From the sequence record PQ850614.1: DNA of 64,000 bases; one strand, 5' to 3'. The notes beneath the pieces are model-generated. The model was not told the origin of the DNA. It searched no databases and worked only from the letters and a program-made list of their open reading frames with translations. The position numbers and the translations under genes were made by a program. Source of the stretch: Escherichia phage LorandFenyves_Bas91. Below are positions 21,113 through 32,789 of this stretch, one piece after another (positions within the stretch are counted from its first letter, which is position 1; each line of letters starts with the position of its first letter).

Positions 21113-22081
21113 ATGGGACTTTTCGGAGGAGGGGGTAGTAAAACTACTTCCCAAATGATTCGCCCTGAATACATTCAACAGTATATTGACCAGCTTAACC
21201 AGCAGATCGGTAATACTAGTTCAGGAGATTATGTTTATCGAGATAATGTAGGGTTTAATAATAATCAGACAGAGGCACTTAATAACCTAGCACAATCTGG
21301 CGCTTTGGGCACGCTCTCACAGCAATATATGGATGCAGCAGGTCAAGGCTTGGGCTATCTAGATAATGCCTATAAAGGCTATCAGAGCCTCTCTGGACAA
21401 GGTGGGATTACTGGAGAACAGATTGGTGCTCTCGCTGGTCAACTGTATGATGATGACGCTGTGCAAGCAGCCATTACAGCTAATAATGAACAGGTTCAAC
21501 AAAACTTGGCACGTAATGCTCTTCCTCAGTTAGCTCAACAGTTTGCTGGTCAACAAGGTTCAGGTGCTCGTATGGCTAAGTCTTTTGCCCAAGGCGATGC
21601 TCTGAATCAGATGCAGGGCCAAGCAACAGATATCACCAATAGTGCCTATAACTCGGCTATTAGCCAAGCTGAAAGCATCCTCTCTGGTAATAGACAGAAT
21701 CAGGCAGCTGCTCTCTCTGGTCTTTCTAATATTGGTTCTAACCTTTCTAACCTAGGTCAGCAGGGTGCTAATTTGTCTCAACAGCAAATAATGAATCAAT
21801 GGAATGCAGGGTTGCAGCAACAACAGCAACAACAGAATGAATATGATAATGCCTACCAGAATGCTCAGAACGCAGCTAATTGGGGATGGCAAGATATCAA
21901 TAACCAACTCGGTGCAGCAGGTGTACTTAACGGTGCTCTCGGACAAACTACAACTACTAAAACATCTGGTGGCAAAGGTGGTTTCCTTGGTGGAGCTATG
22001 AGTGGTGCAGCAGCTGGCTCTTCCTTTGGACCTTGGGGTGCATTAGCTGGGGGTGTAATCGGTGGGTTGGCTAGTACTTAA
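21113..22081 (+). CDS. Q/N/G/A-rich low-complexity internal virion protein (paralogue-like)
   Basis: 322 aa, same compositional bias as the preceding gene, poly-Q stretch. Confidence 0.5.
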   Translation: MGLFGGGGSKTTSQMIRPEYIQQYIDQLNQQIGNTSSGDYVYRDNVGFNNNQTEALNNLAQSGALGTLSQQYMDAAGQGLGYLDNAYKGYQSLSGQGGITGEQIGALAGQLYDDDAVQAAITANNEQVQQNLARNALPQLAQQFAGQQGSGARMAKSFAQGDALNQMQGQATDITNSAYNSAISQAESILSGNRQNQAAALSGLSNIGSNLSNLGQQGANLSQQQIMNQWNAGLQQQQQQQNEYDNAYQNAQNAANWGWQDINNQLGAAGVLNGALGQTTTTKTSGGKGGFLGGAMSGAAAGSSFGPWGALAGGVIGGLAST

Positions 22082-22094
22082 TTAGGAGATAAAT

Positions 22095-23744
22095 ATGCAA
22101 CAGACAACTTACGCTCAGGTCAGAAGTCGTGACCCGAGAAATACTTTCTATGGTGTTAATCCGGGAGCGGCTTCGGCCTCTCCTTATATGGCTAGACCAA
22201 CTCAGACAGCAGATATTTCTATGTATCAACGTCCTGCTGTACCTGCTGGGATTTCCTCTCTTGTAGGTCAAACTTCAGTAGATTATCAGAATATGTTGAA
22301 TCCCGTTCAGAGTAATGGTCTTCCTTCTGATATCCCAAATGATGTACAACCTCAAGCACAACAGGCTGTAACTCTTCCTGAGTTTGAGAATCAAGAAACC
22401 ATGCAAGCTGCTGGACTTTCTCCTTCTTCTATTCCTCCAGAATCAGAACCTCTTCCGGTAACACCTCCTACTAAACCGTTAGAAGCTGGTCCTATGGAGT
22501 TTACTCCTTCTCAGGTGGAACAGGCACAAGGTGTGATTAATACTCTTGCTCAAGGACAAGACGCTGGTGATGGAATGACTGCTGCTACTCGTGCTAAAGA
22601 TCAGGAACGCGTCAACAACGATATCTTGCAAGTTGCGAAAGCTAAAGACCCTTCGGAAGCTTGGAACAAACTACAGAAAGAACCATTCTATCAGAACTCT
22701 AGTTTCTACACAGGTTTGATGGGTGTAGGTCTTTCCATTATGTCAGGTAAGTCTCCTATTGAAGCTTTCCAGATTGGTCAGGGAATGGCTAATCAAGATG
22801 AGACTAAGAAGCAACTGGAAGCTAACCGTGATGCTCTGATTGAACAAGGCTTCTCTCAAGACTCGATCGCAGCTGCTATTGCTAACGGAGACCCATCTCT
22901 ACTGAAGATGAGAGCTGTAGACCCTGCTCAGAAAGAAGCGCTGTATGCTGCTCGTGAAGAACGACAAAATGCTGAATGGGATAGACGTCAACAGATTCAA
23001 GAGCAAACTATGCGTGAGCGTGCTGATGAAACTCGTCGTGCCGCTGAAGAAAGAGCTAACATGAACTTTGAACGTCAGAAAGAGTTGATTGGTTATCGTG
23101 ATAAGGTTAAGGCTGAACGTGCTGAACAAGCTGCTCAGAGTTTTAACTTTAACCCGAAAGAAGTTCGTCTTGCTCAGAATACAGCTGAAGGTACGGTTGC
23201 TAAGCAGTGGGCAGAGAAAGGTGGCCTGTTTAACCAGTCTAACAAAGACTTGGATTTGGCTGACAAGGCTGTTAAGGATAAAGACTATCAGACAGCTCGT
23301 TCTGCTTACATGCAGGCTATCATGAACTCCGCAAGGGCTGAAATCGGTGCTACTCGTTCTCTTACCGAAGAAGACTTGGGGCACTTTGCAGAAGACCCAT
23401 CAATCTTCGTTCGTGTTGGCAACAAGTTTGCACTGAAATCTGGATGGCGTCCTACTGATTCTGCTCTTGCTTATGCTCGTAAGCAAGCTAACGTTGGTCA
23501 CACCTCTGCAATGAAAGGTGTTGCTGATGCTAAGAGAGCTACGATTGAAGCTTACATCGGTTCTGGTATGGATAAGAAGAGAGCTACTGCATTGGTTAAC
23601 CGTGCAATCCCTTCTGGTGGTTTCTATGACCCTCTAGGTGTTTTCTCTGAACAAGCAGAAGAAGCAGTTGGTGGTGCAGCAACCAATCCTAAGCTTAATG
23701 GTGCTTTATCAGCTGTCGAAGACACTAGCTGGTTTACTCAATAA
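22095..23744 (+). CDS. hypothetical internal virion protein
   Basis: 549 aa, Pro/Gln-rich N-terminus, charged helical C-terminus. Confidence 0.5.
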   Translation: MQQTTYAQVRSRDPRNTFYGVNPGAASASPYMARPTQTADISMYQRPAVPAGISSLVGQTSVDYQNMLNPVQSNGLPSDIPNDVQPQAQQAVTLPEFENQETMQAAGLSPSSIPPESEPLPVTPPTKPLEAGPMEFTPSQVEQAQGVINTLAQGQDAGDGMTAATRAKDQERVNNDILQVAKAKDPSEAWNKLQKEPFYQNSSFYTGLMGVGLSIMSGKSPIEAFQIGQGMANQDETKKQLEANRDALIEQGFSQDSIAAAIANGDPSLLKMRAVDPAQKEALYAAREERQNAEWDRRQQIQEQTMRERADETRRAAEERANMNFERQKELIGYRDKVKAERAEQAAQSFNFNPKEVRLAQNTAEGTVAKQWAEKGGLFNQSNKDLDLADKAVKDKDYQTARSAYMQAIMNSARAEIGATRSLTEEDLGHFAEDPSIFVRVGNKFALKSGWRPTDSALAYARKQANVGHTSAMKGVADAKRATIEAYIGSGMDKKRATALVNRAIPSGGFYDPLGVFSEQAEEAVGGAATNPKLNGALSAVEDTSWFTQ

Positions 23745-23764
23745 GACCTAAGTCCTGCCTTCTA

Positions 23765-23773
23765 TAATGTATA
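23765..23773 (+). promoter_or_regulatory. TAATGTATA element, candidate phage-sigma promoter
   Basis: Exact 9-mer 39 nt upstream of the ATG at 23812. Confidence 0.45.
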
Positions 23774-23811
23774 TAGGGGGTAGGACATTTTTATTTATAA
23801 AAGGAGACGTT

Positions 23812-26800
23812 ATGGCTAACATTAAACCGTGGGAAGAAGCTTCCAAAGCTCCTGCGTATCTGAATGCCTCTCCGGAGCAACAAGCTCAAATGAGAGAACA
23901 ATATAAGGCAGCAGGTGGCTCTATTCCTGAGGAACAACCAGTAGCACAACCACAACAAGAAGAACGTGGTGCTATAGGTGAGTTTGCTCAAGGTGTGTCA
24001 AATGCTCTTCAATCTGGTGGTGCAAATATTGCAGCTAGTGCTGCTAAAGGTATTGGTGGTTTAGTTGAGATTGGTGAGAATCTAGCTGGAGCACAAACTA
24101 GTTATGGTAAGCGTATCCAAGAGAACTCTCAGAATCTTCTGAAAGAACGTATGGATAAGATTGAGGATGGGATTGGTAAAACTGTAGGTCAGTATGCTGG
24201 CGTTGCTGGTGATATTGGTATGACTGTTGCTAACCCATTGGCTGCTGCTGCTATCATCGCAGGTCGTGAGACAGGTCGTGCATATGCAGACCAAACCCCT
24301 GAAGAGGGAGAAGATAAGTCTATTCTAGATGCAGCCTTAGTTGGTGGTGCTAACTATGCGGCTCAGAGAATCCTTCCGGGTGCTGTCGGTACAGCTGAGT
24401 CCACACTTGGACGTATTGTTCAGAACGTTGCTAGTAACGCAGTGGCTGGTGCTAAAGGTGGTGCTCTTGTGGGTGCTGCTGAAGCTCAGAATAAGCACGG
24501 AGATGACACAACCTTTGCTAATGTATTAGAAGGTGCTATCGAAGAAGGTGCTATGGGTGCTGCATTCGGTGGTGCAGTTGGTGGGGTTCATGGTTTGATT
24601 AGCCGTCCGGATTCTGCTGTCTTCAAGAATACTCCAGAGTATGCGAAGACTGATATTGCTGCTGATGATGAACTAATTCGTAGTGCTAAGAATATTGATG
24701 AACTGAAAGAAGCTTACTCTAAAGCTGAAACTGCTAACGCTGCTTCTGCTCTTAACCTTCTGGATGAGAATGGATTCCGTATTACAGATGCTGTTGCTGT
24801 AGATTCTCCTGCTGCTCAGCGTATTCTTAATACTGACCAAGCTCGTGCTGAGAAAGCTGCTTCTGTTCAGAAAGAACATTCCAACATTCCGGGCCTTAAT
24901 CCTTTAGCTTCTCCTGCTAAGACTCGTGGTAAAGCATTTGCTGATAATGAGCACAACCAGAAGCAGGCTGTTGCTATGAAGGATGCAATGGCTGACTACA
25001 CCAAAGACAACACGAAAGCTCTTACAGATGTTCTAGATAACCTAGACCGTGAATTAACTTCTCTCCGAGCTTCTGGTGATTTTACTGGTAGTCCGATTGA
25101 TATTAAGAATCGTACACAAGCTGACCGTGATTTCATTGATGCTTACAAGACTTTCTACAATGAAGCAAATCGATTCAAAGCTCGTGATGGTGAAGACTTT
25201 AATAACTTTGTAGAGAAAGCTGCTGAACTACAGAAGATGGCTGATAATGTTTCTCCAGAGATGAAGAAAGCTATTGGTGGGTTGAAGAAACTGAAAGGTA
25301 TGCCTGAAGGTTTTAATCCTATTCAAGATGCTTATACTCTGAACAATACAGCTAAATTCATGAGCAACCAAGATCGTGGTTGGACTTCCTTGACTGATGA
25401 TGGATTCCGTGAAGCTTCTTCACCTAGTCTGGTAATGAACACTCTTGGTGCTGCTAAGTATGCTCTGAATCGCTTCTCTTCTCAGCGTGCTCGTTCTCAA
25501 CGTGTTAAGCAACAAGAATCTAACAGTGAAACTATCCGCTCTCTTGCTCGTGGTGATTTGGAAGTTGCTCGTGCTAAATCTACTGCTGATGAAGCTCGTG
25601 CTAAGATGGAAGAAGAACCAGTTGTTGATGACATTAAATTTAAGACGCAAAATGACGTGGAAACCGAACCGGTTCGGGAGCCTTCTTCTAGTACTGTGAC
25701 GGAAGAAAATCTTCCTTCTTCTACTCCTCAAGAAACCCCTCTCACAGCTCGTGATTTAGTTGCGCAAAGACGCGCTATCCGTCAGGCTGAACAGCGTCGC
25801 GCTGAAGAAGAGGCATTGGCTGCTCAAGAAGCTCCGGTCGAACAAGCTCCACAGGCTGAACCTCTCCCTGCTCGTAATCCTCTAGAGGAGCGTCGTGCAA
25901 TGGAACAGCAACGTGCTCAAGAAGAGGCCGCACAGGCTCCAGAACCAACCGTAGAGGAACCAACAGTCAAAGCTGAGCCATTACCTGCTCGTGCTCCTAA
26001 AGCTCCTAAGGAAGCTGTACAGGACGTTAAACCGGCAAGTGGTGTAGAACGTTTAGCTGCTATGTCTAGTGCTGCTCGTCAGGCTACTAAAGATCGTGCA
26101 GAACGCTTTGCTCGTTCTCTGTACTCTAAGGCTGCTAAAGCTAAAGCTACTGCTGAAAACTTCTTGGCTTATAAAGGCGATCCTAAGGAACTGATGCGTC
26201 GTATTCGTCAGGAAGATAATGCTATCAACACTGAACGTCATGAAGAAATGGCTCGTAACCAGCTGGCCTCTCAGCAAGGTATTGCTACTGCTAAGAACAA
26301 CACTGTACGAACTAATTTTGCTGAATGGGTTAAAGAACGTGGTCTGCCAGAAGACATTGCTACTAAGGCATTACGTGCTGAAGAGAAAGGTTTAGGTGGG
26401 AACGTAACTAACTTGGATAGTCTGAAACGTCGTGCTGAAAGGTTGTATCAGAAGCAGCGTGAGGATGAGTTTGATAGACTGTACCAACAAGCTCTAGAAG
26501 AGAACAAAGCTTTCGATAAGAAAGATGCTCCTAAACTGGTTGATCAGAAGAAAGAGCTTCAGTCTGAGATTGATGCTTTGATTGATTCAGAACCTTTACG
26601 TCCTGCTCAGAAAGATGCTATGCGTAAGCTGATGAATGACTTTGTAGATGGGAAGTTTAAATCTTCAGAGAAGGCTGGTAGGGAAGAGGCTTTGGAAGTT
26701 GGTCAGATGAAGGATATTTGGGATGGGTTTATTAACACCTACAACAGAGAAGTGAATGCCTTCAACAAAGCTAACAAGAACTCTCAGTACGAAGCTGCTG

Positions 26801-28233
26801 CTAAGCACTTACAGGCTCGTGAAGAACGTCTTGCTACCCTCAGGAAAAAGGCTCAGGCTCGTTCAGATGCTAAGGCTGCTGTTGAGAATGAACGTAAAAC
26901 TTTAGAGGCTATTGCAGCTCAGAAGAGTGAGATTGAGAAGATGATGGAAGGTTTACCTAAACCTGTTCGTGAGGCTCAGGAATCTCGTACATTGAAACAG
27001 TTGGCTGCTCACCATGATAAGAACTCTCCAGTTCCTCCAGAGAAGTTCCGTAGTTACATTGAACGTATCCACAACGCCGAGTCAGATTACCTTGATCGTC
27101 AGCGTCGTTTAACTGACGCAGAGGAAGATGCTCGTCAGGCCAAGTGGAACAAGATGTACGAGCAAGCGGAAGAGATGAACCGTAAGTTTGATGTGGACAA
27201 GAGAGTTAAGCGCAGTGAAGAGCTTAAAGCGGCCCAAGAGCGTGAGAATGACCTTATGGCAGTACAACGTCAACGTGATGACATTCATCGCCGCCTGATG
27301 CGTACTATGGAAGATAAGGGCATATCTAGAGAGGATGCTGAAGCATTTGCTGGTTCCTATATGGACAACCGTTATGCACTTCTTGAGAAGCCTATGACTC
27401 CCACTGAACATCAGAATGCTCGTTCTCGTATCGAAGCTGATGTTGAGAAGTTTGCTAAGAAGTACGAATCAATGACTCCTATCGAGAAAGAGATTGTTAA
27501 GGTTACTGGAGATACTGAAGGTAAGCTTGATAACTTGGATGCGGATACTAGGAAGGCTATTGAGGAGGCTCAGAAGGTTGACTCTGATATTAAGAAACTG
27601 CAAGAGGAGGAGTTGGAGATGGAGAAGATTCGTTCTGCTCTGCCTGATGATGAAAGATCTCAAGCAAATTCTGATATCTTGGAAAGCATTAAACAACAGG
27701 AAGAGGTCTTTGCTGATAAAGTAGAGAAAGCTTTCTTGAGTGGGAAGAGCTTGGATGAGTTGGCTAGTGTGGCTGAAGTTTTAGACAGGGTTCATGGTGC
27801 AGATAAGGCTGGTAACAACCGTCGCTTTGTACGTGCATTGCAGACTGCTGCTGAAAACAAGAAGAAGTATGGTGATAATCCAGTAGCTTGGTTTAGTGCT
27901 GATGATTACTCTGCCATTGCTAAACTTGGTGCTTCTTCCGCAGGTGGTAACAAATCCAGAGCACTGGAGAAGATCTTTGGTTCTACAGCTGAACAGGCTA
28001 AGAGTAAGTTGCTTGGTAGGGATGATGTAGCGAAGATGAGACGTGTAATTGAAGAGAACCCTGATATTAAGATTCCTTCTTACAAGACAACGAATCGTAC
28101 TGAGTACTTGCAGTTCTTGGAGAAGTTTAATGACGAAGGGAAGCCTAAGATTAAACGTGGCTCATTGTCAGAGAAGCTTGAACGCAGTAAGCGTCAATCG
28201 AGACTCCGTGTAAGAGTTCGACCTAAGGAGTGA
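23812..28233 (+). CDS. very large charged coiled-coil virion protein (putative ejection or internal protein)
   Basis: Trimmed to the ATG at 23812 with AAGGAG RBS; about 1473 aa, Glu/Lys/Ala/Arg-rich with short internal repeats (AEPLPAR occurs twice). Confidence 0.55.
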   Translation: MANIKPWEEASKAPAYLNASPEQQAQMREQYKAAGGSIPEEQPVAQPQQEERGAIGEFAQGVSNALQSGGANIAASAAKGIGGLVEIGENLAGAQTSYGKRIQENSQNLLKERMDKIEDGIGKTVGQYAGVAGDIGMTVANPLAAAAIIAGRETGRAYADQTPEEGEDKSILDAALVGGANYAAQRILPGAVGTAESTLGRIVQNVASNAVAGAKGGALVGAAEAQNKHGDDTTFANVLEGAIEEGAMGAAFGGAVGGVHGLISRPDSAVFKNTPEYAKTDIAADDELIRSAKNIDELKEAYSKAETANAASALNLLDENGFRITDAVAVDSPAAQRILNTDQARAEKAASVQKEHSNIPGLNPLASPAKTRGKAFADNEHNQKQAVAMKDAMADYTKDNTKALTDVLDNLDRELTSLRASGDFTGSPIDIKNRTQADRDFIDAYKTFYNEANRFKARDGEDFNNFVEKAAELQKMADNVSPEMKKAIGGLKKLKGMPEGFNPIQDAYTLNNTAKFMSNQDRGWTSLTDDGFREASSPSLVMNTLGAAKYALNRFSSQRARSQRVKQQESNSETIRSLARGDLEVARAKSTADEARAKMEEEPVVDDIKFKTQNDVETEPVREPSSSTVTEENLPSSTPQETPLTARDLVAQRRAIRQAEQRRAEEEALAAQEAPVEQAPQAEPLPARNPLEERRAMEQQRAQEEAAQAPEPTVEEPTVKAEPLPARAPKAPKEAVQDVKPASGVERLAAMSSAARQATKDRAERFARSLYSKAAKAKATAENFLAYKGDPKELMRRIRQEDNAINTERHEEMARNQLASQQGIATAKNNTVRTNFAEWVKERGLPEDIATKALRAEEKGLGGNVTNLDSLKRRAERLYQKQREDEFDRLYQQALEENKAFDKKDAPKLVDQKKELQSEIDALIDSEPLRPAQKDAMRKLMNDFVDGKFKSSEKAGREEALEVGQMKDIWDGFINTYNREVNAFNKANKNSQYEAAAKHLQAREERLATLRKKAQARSDAKAAVENERKTLEAIAAQKSEIEKMMEGLPKPVREAQESRTLKQLAAHHDKNSPVPPEKFRSYIERIHNAESDYLDRQRRLTDAEEDARQAKWNKMYEQAEEMNRKFDVDKRVKRSEELKAAQERENDLMAVQRQRDDIHRRLMRTMEDKGISREDAEAFAGSYMDNRYALLEKPMTPTEHQNARSRIEADVEKFAKKYESMTPIEKEIVKVTGDTEGKLDNLDADTRKAIEEAQKVDSDIKKLQEEELEMEKIRSALPDDERSQANSDILESIKQQEEVFADKVEKAFLSGKSLDELASVAEVLDRVHGADKAGNNRRFVRALQTAAENKKKYGDNPVAWFSADDYSAIAKLGASSAGGNKSRALEKIFGSTAEQAKSKLLGRDDVAKMRRVIEENPDIKIPSYKTTNRTEYLQFLEKFNDEGKPKIKRGSLSEKLERSKRQSRLRVRVRPKE

Positions 28234-28235
28234 TA

Positions 28236-28277
28236 AAAGAAAAGCCCCAACCGAAAGGAAGGGGCTTTATTTGTTTC
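28236..28277. terminator. bidirectional terminator between convergent gene blocks
   Basis: AGCCCC...GGGGCT stem with an A-tract on the left and TTATTTGTTT on the right; the rightward block ends at 28233 and the leftward block ends just downstream. Confidence 0.6.
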
Positions 28278-28422
28278 TAAGTTTTAAAAACCATCAAATT
28301 CGTCATACATCCCAATTCTCTTCAGAAGTCTGGATGTTCATCTTTAAAGCATCCTGAGATACCCCCATAGAACCAATCTGATTTACTTCCAAGGATAACA
28401 ACTTCTTCATTCATATACCCTC

Positions 28423-28584
28423 CTAGATTGTGTTTATAAAATTAGTAAGTTTCTCTTCACTTTCATCAAAAGCTTTTCCAGCTGCTTCCATCTCCCAAGT
28501 ATCGGCATTGTCAATAAAGCTCTGAGCTTCTAATAGGTCGTGGATTAAGTCGAAGAGTTTATTTTTATCTGCTTGTGTGATCAT
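28423..28584 (-). CDS. small hypothetical protein (53 aa)
   Basis: Not in the ORF track (under 60 aa); AGGAA RBS 6 nt upstream of ATG; starts 9 nt after the stop of the upstream gene. Confidence 0.35.
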   Translation of the reverse strand: MITQADKNKLFDLIHDLLEAQSFIDNADTWEMEAAGKAFDESEEKLTNFINTI

Positions 28585-28592
28585 GTCAGTTC

Positions 28593-28820
28593 CTAGATTA
28601 AATCGTAATACTGAATAATGTCAGAGAGTTTGAACTCTCGAATCTCATCTTTCTCTACATCTATCGCTGTCATAATCCAACAAGGTTTACCACCATTATG
28701 AAAACGGGAGCTAGCAACGGAGGTTCGGAGTGGAATAACGGACCGGTCAGCAACCTCGCCTCTCCAATTGCGATAGCGAAAGCGAAGCACTTGTTGCGTA
28801 GATTTTTGATCATCACTCAT
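28593..28820 (-). CDS. hypothetical protein
   Basis: Trimmed from 28593..28955 to the internal ATG (MSDDQK...) at 28820, which overlaps the upstream stop and has an AAGGAA RBS. Confidence 0.4.
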   Translation of the reverse strand: MSDDQKSTQQVLRFRYRNWRGEVADRSVIPLRTSVASSRFHNGGKPCWIMTAIDVEKDEIREFKLSDIIQYYDLI

Positions 28821-29214
28821 TTCCTTTTTTGAATTGTTTTCTTGCATCATTCTCTTCTTTTGTTTTAATCTTATGACAAGGGTCTTTACACAGAACCTGA
28901 AAACCTTCTTTCTCACACAGAGCACGAGAGATGATTTCATCCCAAGTTGCTTCATGATCTAAGGGAACTATAGGCTCTATGTGGTCAATAGCCATATCCT
29001 TTACAGGGTGGTCAGAACCACACATGGCACACTTAAAGTGCATTGCCAGTCTGCCTGTCTTTGGATTAATCTTCTGCTCTGTCTTGGCGTCTGCTAGTGC
29101 ATCGAACATGGGCTTCCACTTTCTAGTCAGAGAACGAATCCCTGACTTGATGAAAGAGTTGTAACGAGCTTCAGTCCACATTCCACTACAGCGAGTCTTC
29201 TCAGACTTCGCCAT
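28813..29214 (-). CDS. HNH endonuclease
   Basis: KCAMCGSDHPVKDMAIDHIEPI matches the HNH C..C/H-H metal-binding motif. Confidence 0.65.
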   Translation of the reverse strand: MAKSEKTRCSGMWTEARYNSFIKSGIRSLTRKWKPMFDALADAKTEQKINPKTGRLAMHFKCAMCGSDHPVKDMAIDHIEPIVPLDHEATWDEIISRALCEKEGFQVLCKDPCHKIKTKEENDARKQFKKGNE

Positions 29215-29380
29215 AATCAGCTTCTTCCCAAACTCGTTTGTTTACACGATGGCTTACTTTACCCTCACGAGGAATACGACCAGTCCGCTGATCAAACAGT
29301 TGATGTTTAATCTTTTGGTCTTTACGAGATTCACGATTGGAGGAGTTTTCATCATATGAACGATAATCAAATTTACCCAT
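29201..29380 (-). CDS. small basic hypothetical protein (59 aa)
   Basis: Not in the ORF track; ATG with AAGGA RBS; stop overlaps the HNH start. Confidence 0.35.
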   Translation of the reverse strand: MGKFDYRSYDENSSNRESRKDQKIKHQLFDQRTGRIPREGKVSHRVNKRVWEEADYGEV

Positions 29381-29393
29381 TATAATATCCTTA

Positions 29394-30212
29394 TTACCAA
29401 GATTTATCTAACCATGTCCAGTCGAACAGGTCTTCCGGAGTCTGACCAACAAAGAGAAGCCGAGCATTCTCGAGCATCTTCTCTTCATCTTCAGTATCGA
29501 ACTTCTTATAATATTCCATTCGTACTATATGATACATGGTCCACTTATCTGTAACACCAGCCAACAGTTTAGCTGCTGCTTTCTTCCCTATTCCTTGACG
29601 TCGAAGCTGGAGCTTACCACCCCACATAACTTCTTTACGTTCTCCGCATCCGGGGATATTATCTGTACCGTCTCCAACCAGCATCTGATAGAAGAAATTT
29701 TGCCATGAAACTAAATCAGACACGTAGTGAGGGGGAACCTCTTTCTGTCTTTCTCCACAAGCCCAACGATAATGCCATCCGGGAGTTATCAACAAATCTT
29801 TGTCTCTAGTACAGATGATAGTGTTCTTATCTCTGCGTTGCCTTTCAGCTAGTGCATCATCAGCCTCTCTCCCAAATACGTCTATGTATTCATATTTACC
29901 TTTAATGTAATCACCAACGTTTTGCCAGTGAAAAGGTCTTTCTCCGGGAGGTCTATTTGCTTTGTAGTCTTGCTGCTTAGCAACATCAAAACGGAAGTTA
30001 CCACCTTCGCTGAAGTAGAACACAACCTTACTACAACCTGAGCGAGCTATGATTGTATCAATCTTGTACTGAAGTCGTTCAATCATGAAATTGTAGTCAA
30101 CTGGAACACGTCCTGTGTCAAGGAAGGGATGCTCCTGAGTAAGAGCACCCACTTCATATCGAAGAACGTCAGCATCCACTATAGCTACTTCAGGGAGCTT
30201 AACGTCTTCCAT
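29394..30212 (-). CDS. 5'-3' exonuclease / flap endonuclease
   Basis: GREADD, TRDKDLL and GDGTDNIPG motifs of the Pol I 5'-nuclease / FEN family. Confidence 0.85.
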   Translation of the reverse strand: MEDVKLPEVAIVDADVLRYEVGALTQEHPFLDTGRVPVDYNFMIERLQYKIDTIIARSGCSKVVFYFSEGGNFRFDVAKQQDYKANRPPGERPFHWQNVGDYIKGKYEYIDVFGREADDALAERQRRDKNTIICTRDKDLLITPGWHYRWACGERQKEVPPHYVSDLVSWQNFFYQMLVGDGTDNIPGCGERKEVMWGGKLQLRRQGIGKKAAAKLLAGVTDKWTMYHIVRMEYYKKFDTEDEEKMLENARLLFVGQTPEDLFDWTWLDKSW

Positions 30213-30213
30213 A

Positions 30214-30740
30214 TTATTCTCCTAACAGCTTACGGATTTCATTACGGAAGTTATCATACTCTTCAGGGTATTCAAACCCACATTCGAGAAGAGCGTAGTG
30301 AACAACCTTCAACAAATCCTGAGCCTTATTCTTATCCTTGTGTCGATAAGCATATTTGATCATGTTGGTTTGTTGGAAGTTCAACTGAGGGTTTGCATGG
30401 TAAAACTCAACAGGTTGAATGATTTTAGATTCAGGGTTATAATGTGCACCACCAACCATAGTGTCTAAAGCTGGACTCCTTTTGCTGGTTTGTTCAGTTG
30501 TAGCTTTAAAGCTGACTACAGGAACAGAGGAATAAATTGGATACGCTTCACCTACTGGTGGTTTTACTATCAATCTTTTCATTGCAAATCGAATTTCTGT
30601 ATCAGCGGAACATGAAGAGATTTCTTCAACAGATTTACGATAACTGTCAATAACTGCACGTAGCATAGAGACTGTCTTAGTCTTCTCTTTTAATTTCTCT
30701 GTTAGTACAATAACTTCTGCTTTTTTGGATTCAAACTCGT

Positions 30741-30750
<10 letters not shown>
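30214..30750 (-). CDS. hypothetical protein with DUF3310-like C-terminal domain
   Basis: C-terminal HYNP...NMIKYAYRHKDKNKAQDLLKVVHYALLE resembles a conserved phage domain of unknown function. Confidence 0.45.
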
Positions 30751-32236
<1,486 letters not shown>

Positions 32237-32237
<1 letters not shown>

Positions 32238-32497
32238 TATTTTATTCCACGTTCTTTCAGAGCTTCTAACAATCCATTGTGATTGGCAGCACATTCTGTG
32301 TACTGGTCCTGATACCACTCCAACGTAGTGGCTAGTGCTTTTCCTTGAGCACTTTCTAAAAGAGGTAGGTCAACCCTACATTCAGCTTTTAGGTTTGTTG
32401 GTAAGGGCATTGATTGCCTGCTGTTGTCGCTCATTGAACAAGCTGACAAACTCATCGCTAGCGCAGACATTATAAAAAACTGGTTTAGTTTTCTCAT
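32237..32497 (-). CDS. o-spanin (Rz1-like outer-membrane lipoprotein)
   Basis: Start at internal ATG of track ORF 32237..32596; signal peptide with lipobox LSAC; embedded in the +1 frame of the i-spanin gene. Confidence 0.6.
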
Positions 32498-32732
32498 AAT
32501 GCATCTCTTTATAAATAGTTTCCGTGTTCTTCTTCCAGTTAGATAAACCGGTAAGAACCCTCTGAGCAACTTCATCAGCTGCCCTACTTCTTTCAATCTC
32601 TAACTCTTGCTGGTGCTTCTCTTTGTCCAGATTACTGCTGTCTGTTTGGTACTCGTTAAACTTCATACCACCAAAGAATACAAGAGCTGAGAAAACGATA
32701 AACCCTAAGTTATCACTTAATGTGTTTTGCAT
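32382..32732 (-). CDS. i-spanin (Rz-like)
   Basis: Start at MQNTLSD with GGAGA RBS; N-terminal transmembrane segment LGFIVFSALVFFGG then periplasmic coiled coil; o-spanin gene overlaps its 3' half. Confidence 0.6.
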   Translation of the reverse strand: MQNTLSDNLGFIVFSALVFFGGMKFNEYQTDSSNLDKEKHQQELEIERSRAADEVAQRVLTGLSNWKKNTETIYKEMHYEKTKPVFYNVCASDEFVSLFNERQQQAINALTNKPKS

Positions 32733-32744
32733 GTTGTCTCCAAC

Positions 32745-32768
32745 GAAAAAAGCCACCCGGAGGTGGCT
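32745..32768 (-). terminator. hairpin plus U-tract after SSB gene, immediately before spanin RBS
   Basis: On the minus strand AGCCACC-TCCG-GGTGGCT followed by TTTTTTCG. Confidence 0.5.
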
Positions 32769-32789
32769 AAGCTATAACAAGGAGAGTTA

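Noticed and set aside
20048-22081. Q/N-rich region considered as a possible tandem repeat, CRISPR-like or satellite array at the DNA level
   Set aside because: The bias is at the protein level (Gln/Asn/Gly/Ala-rich coding sequence) and there are no regular direct repeats with spacers; no CRISPR array is present anywhere in the window.
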